From assembly GCA_009886045.1 (NCBI GenBank), contig VFJO01000179.1, positions 1 to 52,664 on the forward strand: a stretch of 52,664 nucleotides of DNA, read 5' to 3'. The stretch is from Verrucomicrobiota bacterium. GTDB lineage: Bacteria; Verrucomicrobiota; Verrucomicrobiia; Chthoniobacterales; Terrimicrobiaceae. Within the stretch, counting starts at the first letter, position 1; the number at the start of each line of letters is the position of its first letter. The position numbers and the translations under genes are program-made. Of this stretch, positions 52,626 to 52,664 are shown one piece after another. Below the pieces are notes generated by a model that was not told the origin of the DNA, did no database searches, and saw only the letters and a program-made list of their open reading frames with translations.

Positions 52626-52664
52626 ATGGGGGAACGAGCGCGCTGCCGCGCGGGCGGTGCGGCA

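Noticed and set aside
1-52664. A search for CRISPR arrays, rRNA or tRNA genes, and transposase or integrase genes.
   Set aside because: I saw no regularly spaced direct repeats, no tRNA-like T-arm or acceptor patterns in the few intergenic regions, and no ORF with DDE, tyrosine-recombinase or serine-recombinase motifs. This was a scan by eye only, and tRNAscan/Infernal would be decisive.

Overview
This is a gene-dense 52.7-kb chromosomal window. GC is about 57-60% over most of its length, judged from spot counts of a few 60-nt lines rather than a full computation. The gene content and repeat families suggest a PVC-superphylum, Verrucomicrobiota-like genome, but that is inference and cannot be verified here. 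Most genes are housekeeping:
- Central metabolism and respiration: pgi, a short-form 6-phosphogluconate dehydrogenase, and a seven-gene translationally coupled caa3 oxidase plus Rieske/cytochrome bc operon.
- Envelope, repair and transport: HtrA, HrpB, photolyase, yjcH-actP and a YdbH/YnbE/YdbL-type module.
- Other core functions: an M16 peptidase operon, glyQS, RecD2, an orphan family-5 substrate-binding protein, a Ser/Thr kinase, yebC, cca, a PAP2 phosphatase and hemB.

I found no rRNA, tRNA, CRISPR array, transposase or integrase. The regions most worth a second look are:
1. A low-GC island at the left edge (1-2928). It carries a DUF4160/DUF2442 cassette, a small protein with a caspase/CHAT-like His-Cys dyad, three tiny membrane proteins and decayed ORFs.
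2. A tight serine-palmitoyltransferase-like / large GNAT-like / aldo-keto reductase operon (26298-29648). This may be a bacterial ceramide-like lipid module.
3. A HIT / ClpX-like unfoldase / DCC-LMF fusion operon (48958-52441). The ClpX-like protein has no zinc finger and no IGF loop.
4. A ~105-bp module duplicated directly upstream of both pgi and gnd, embedded in CCACGGAGGACACGGAGG inverted-repeat elements.
5. A vapBC cassette that appears to have replaced the 5' part of an FGGY sugar kinase.

All family calls come from motif recognition by eye and from memory. None is backed by a database search.
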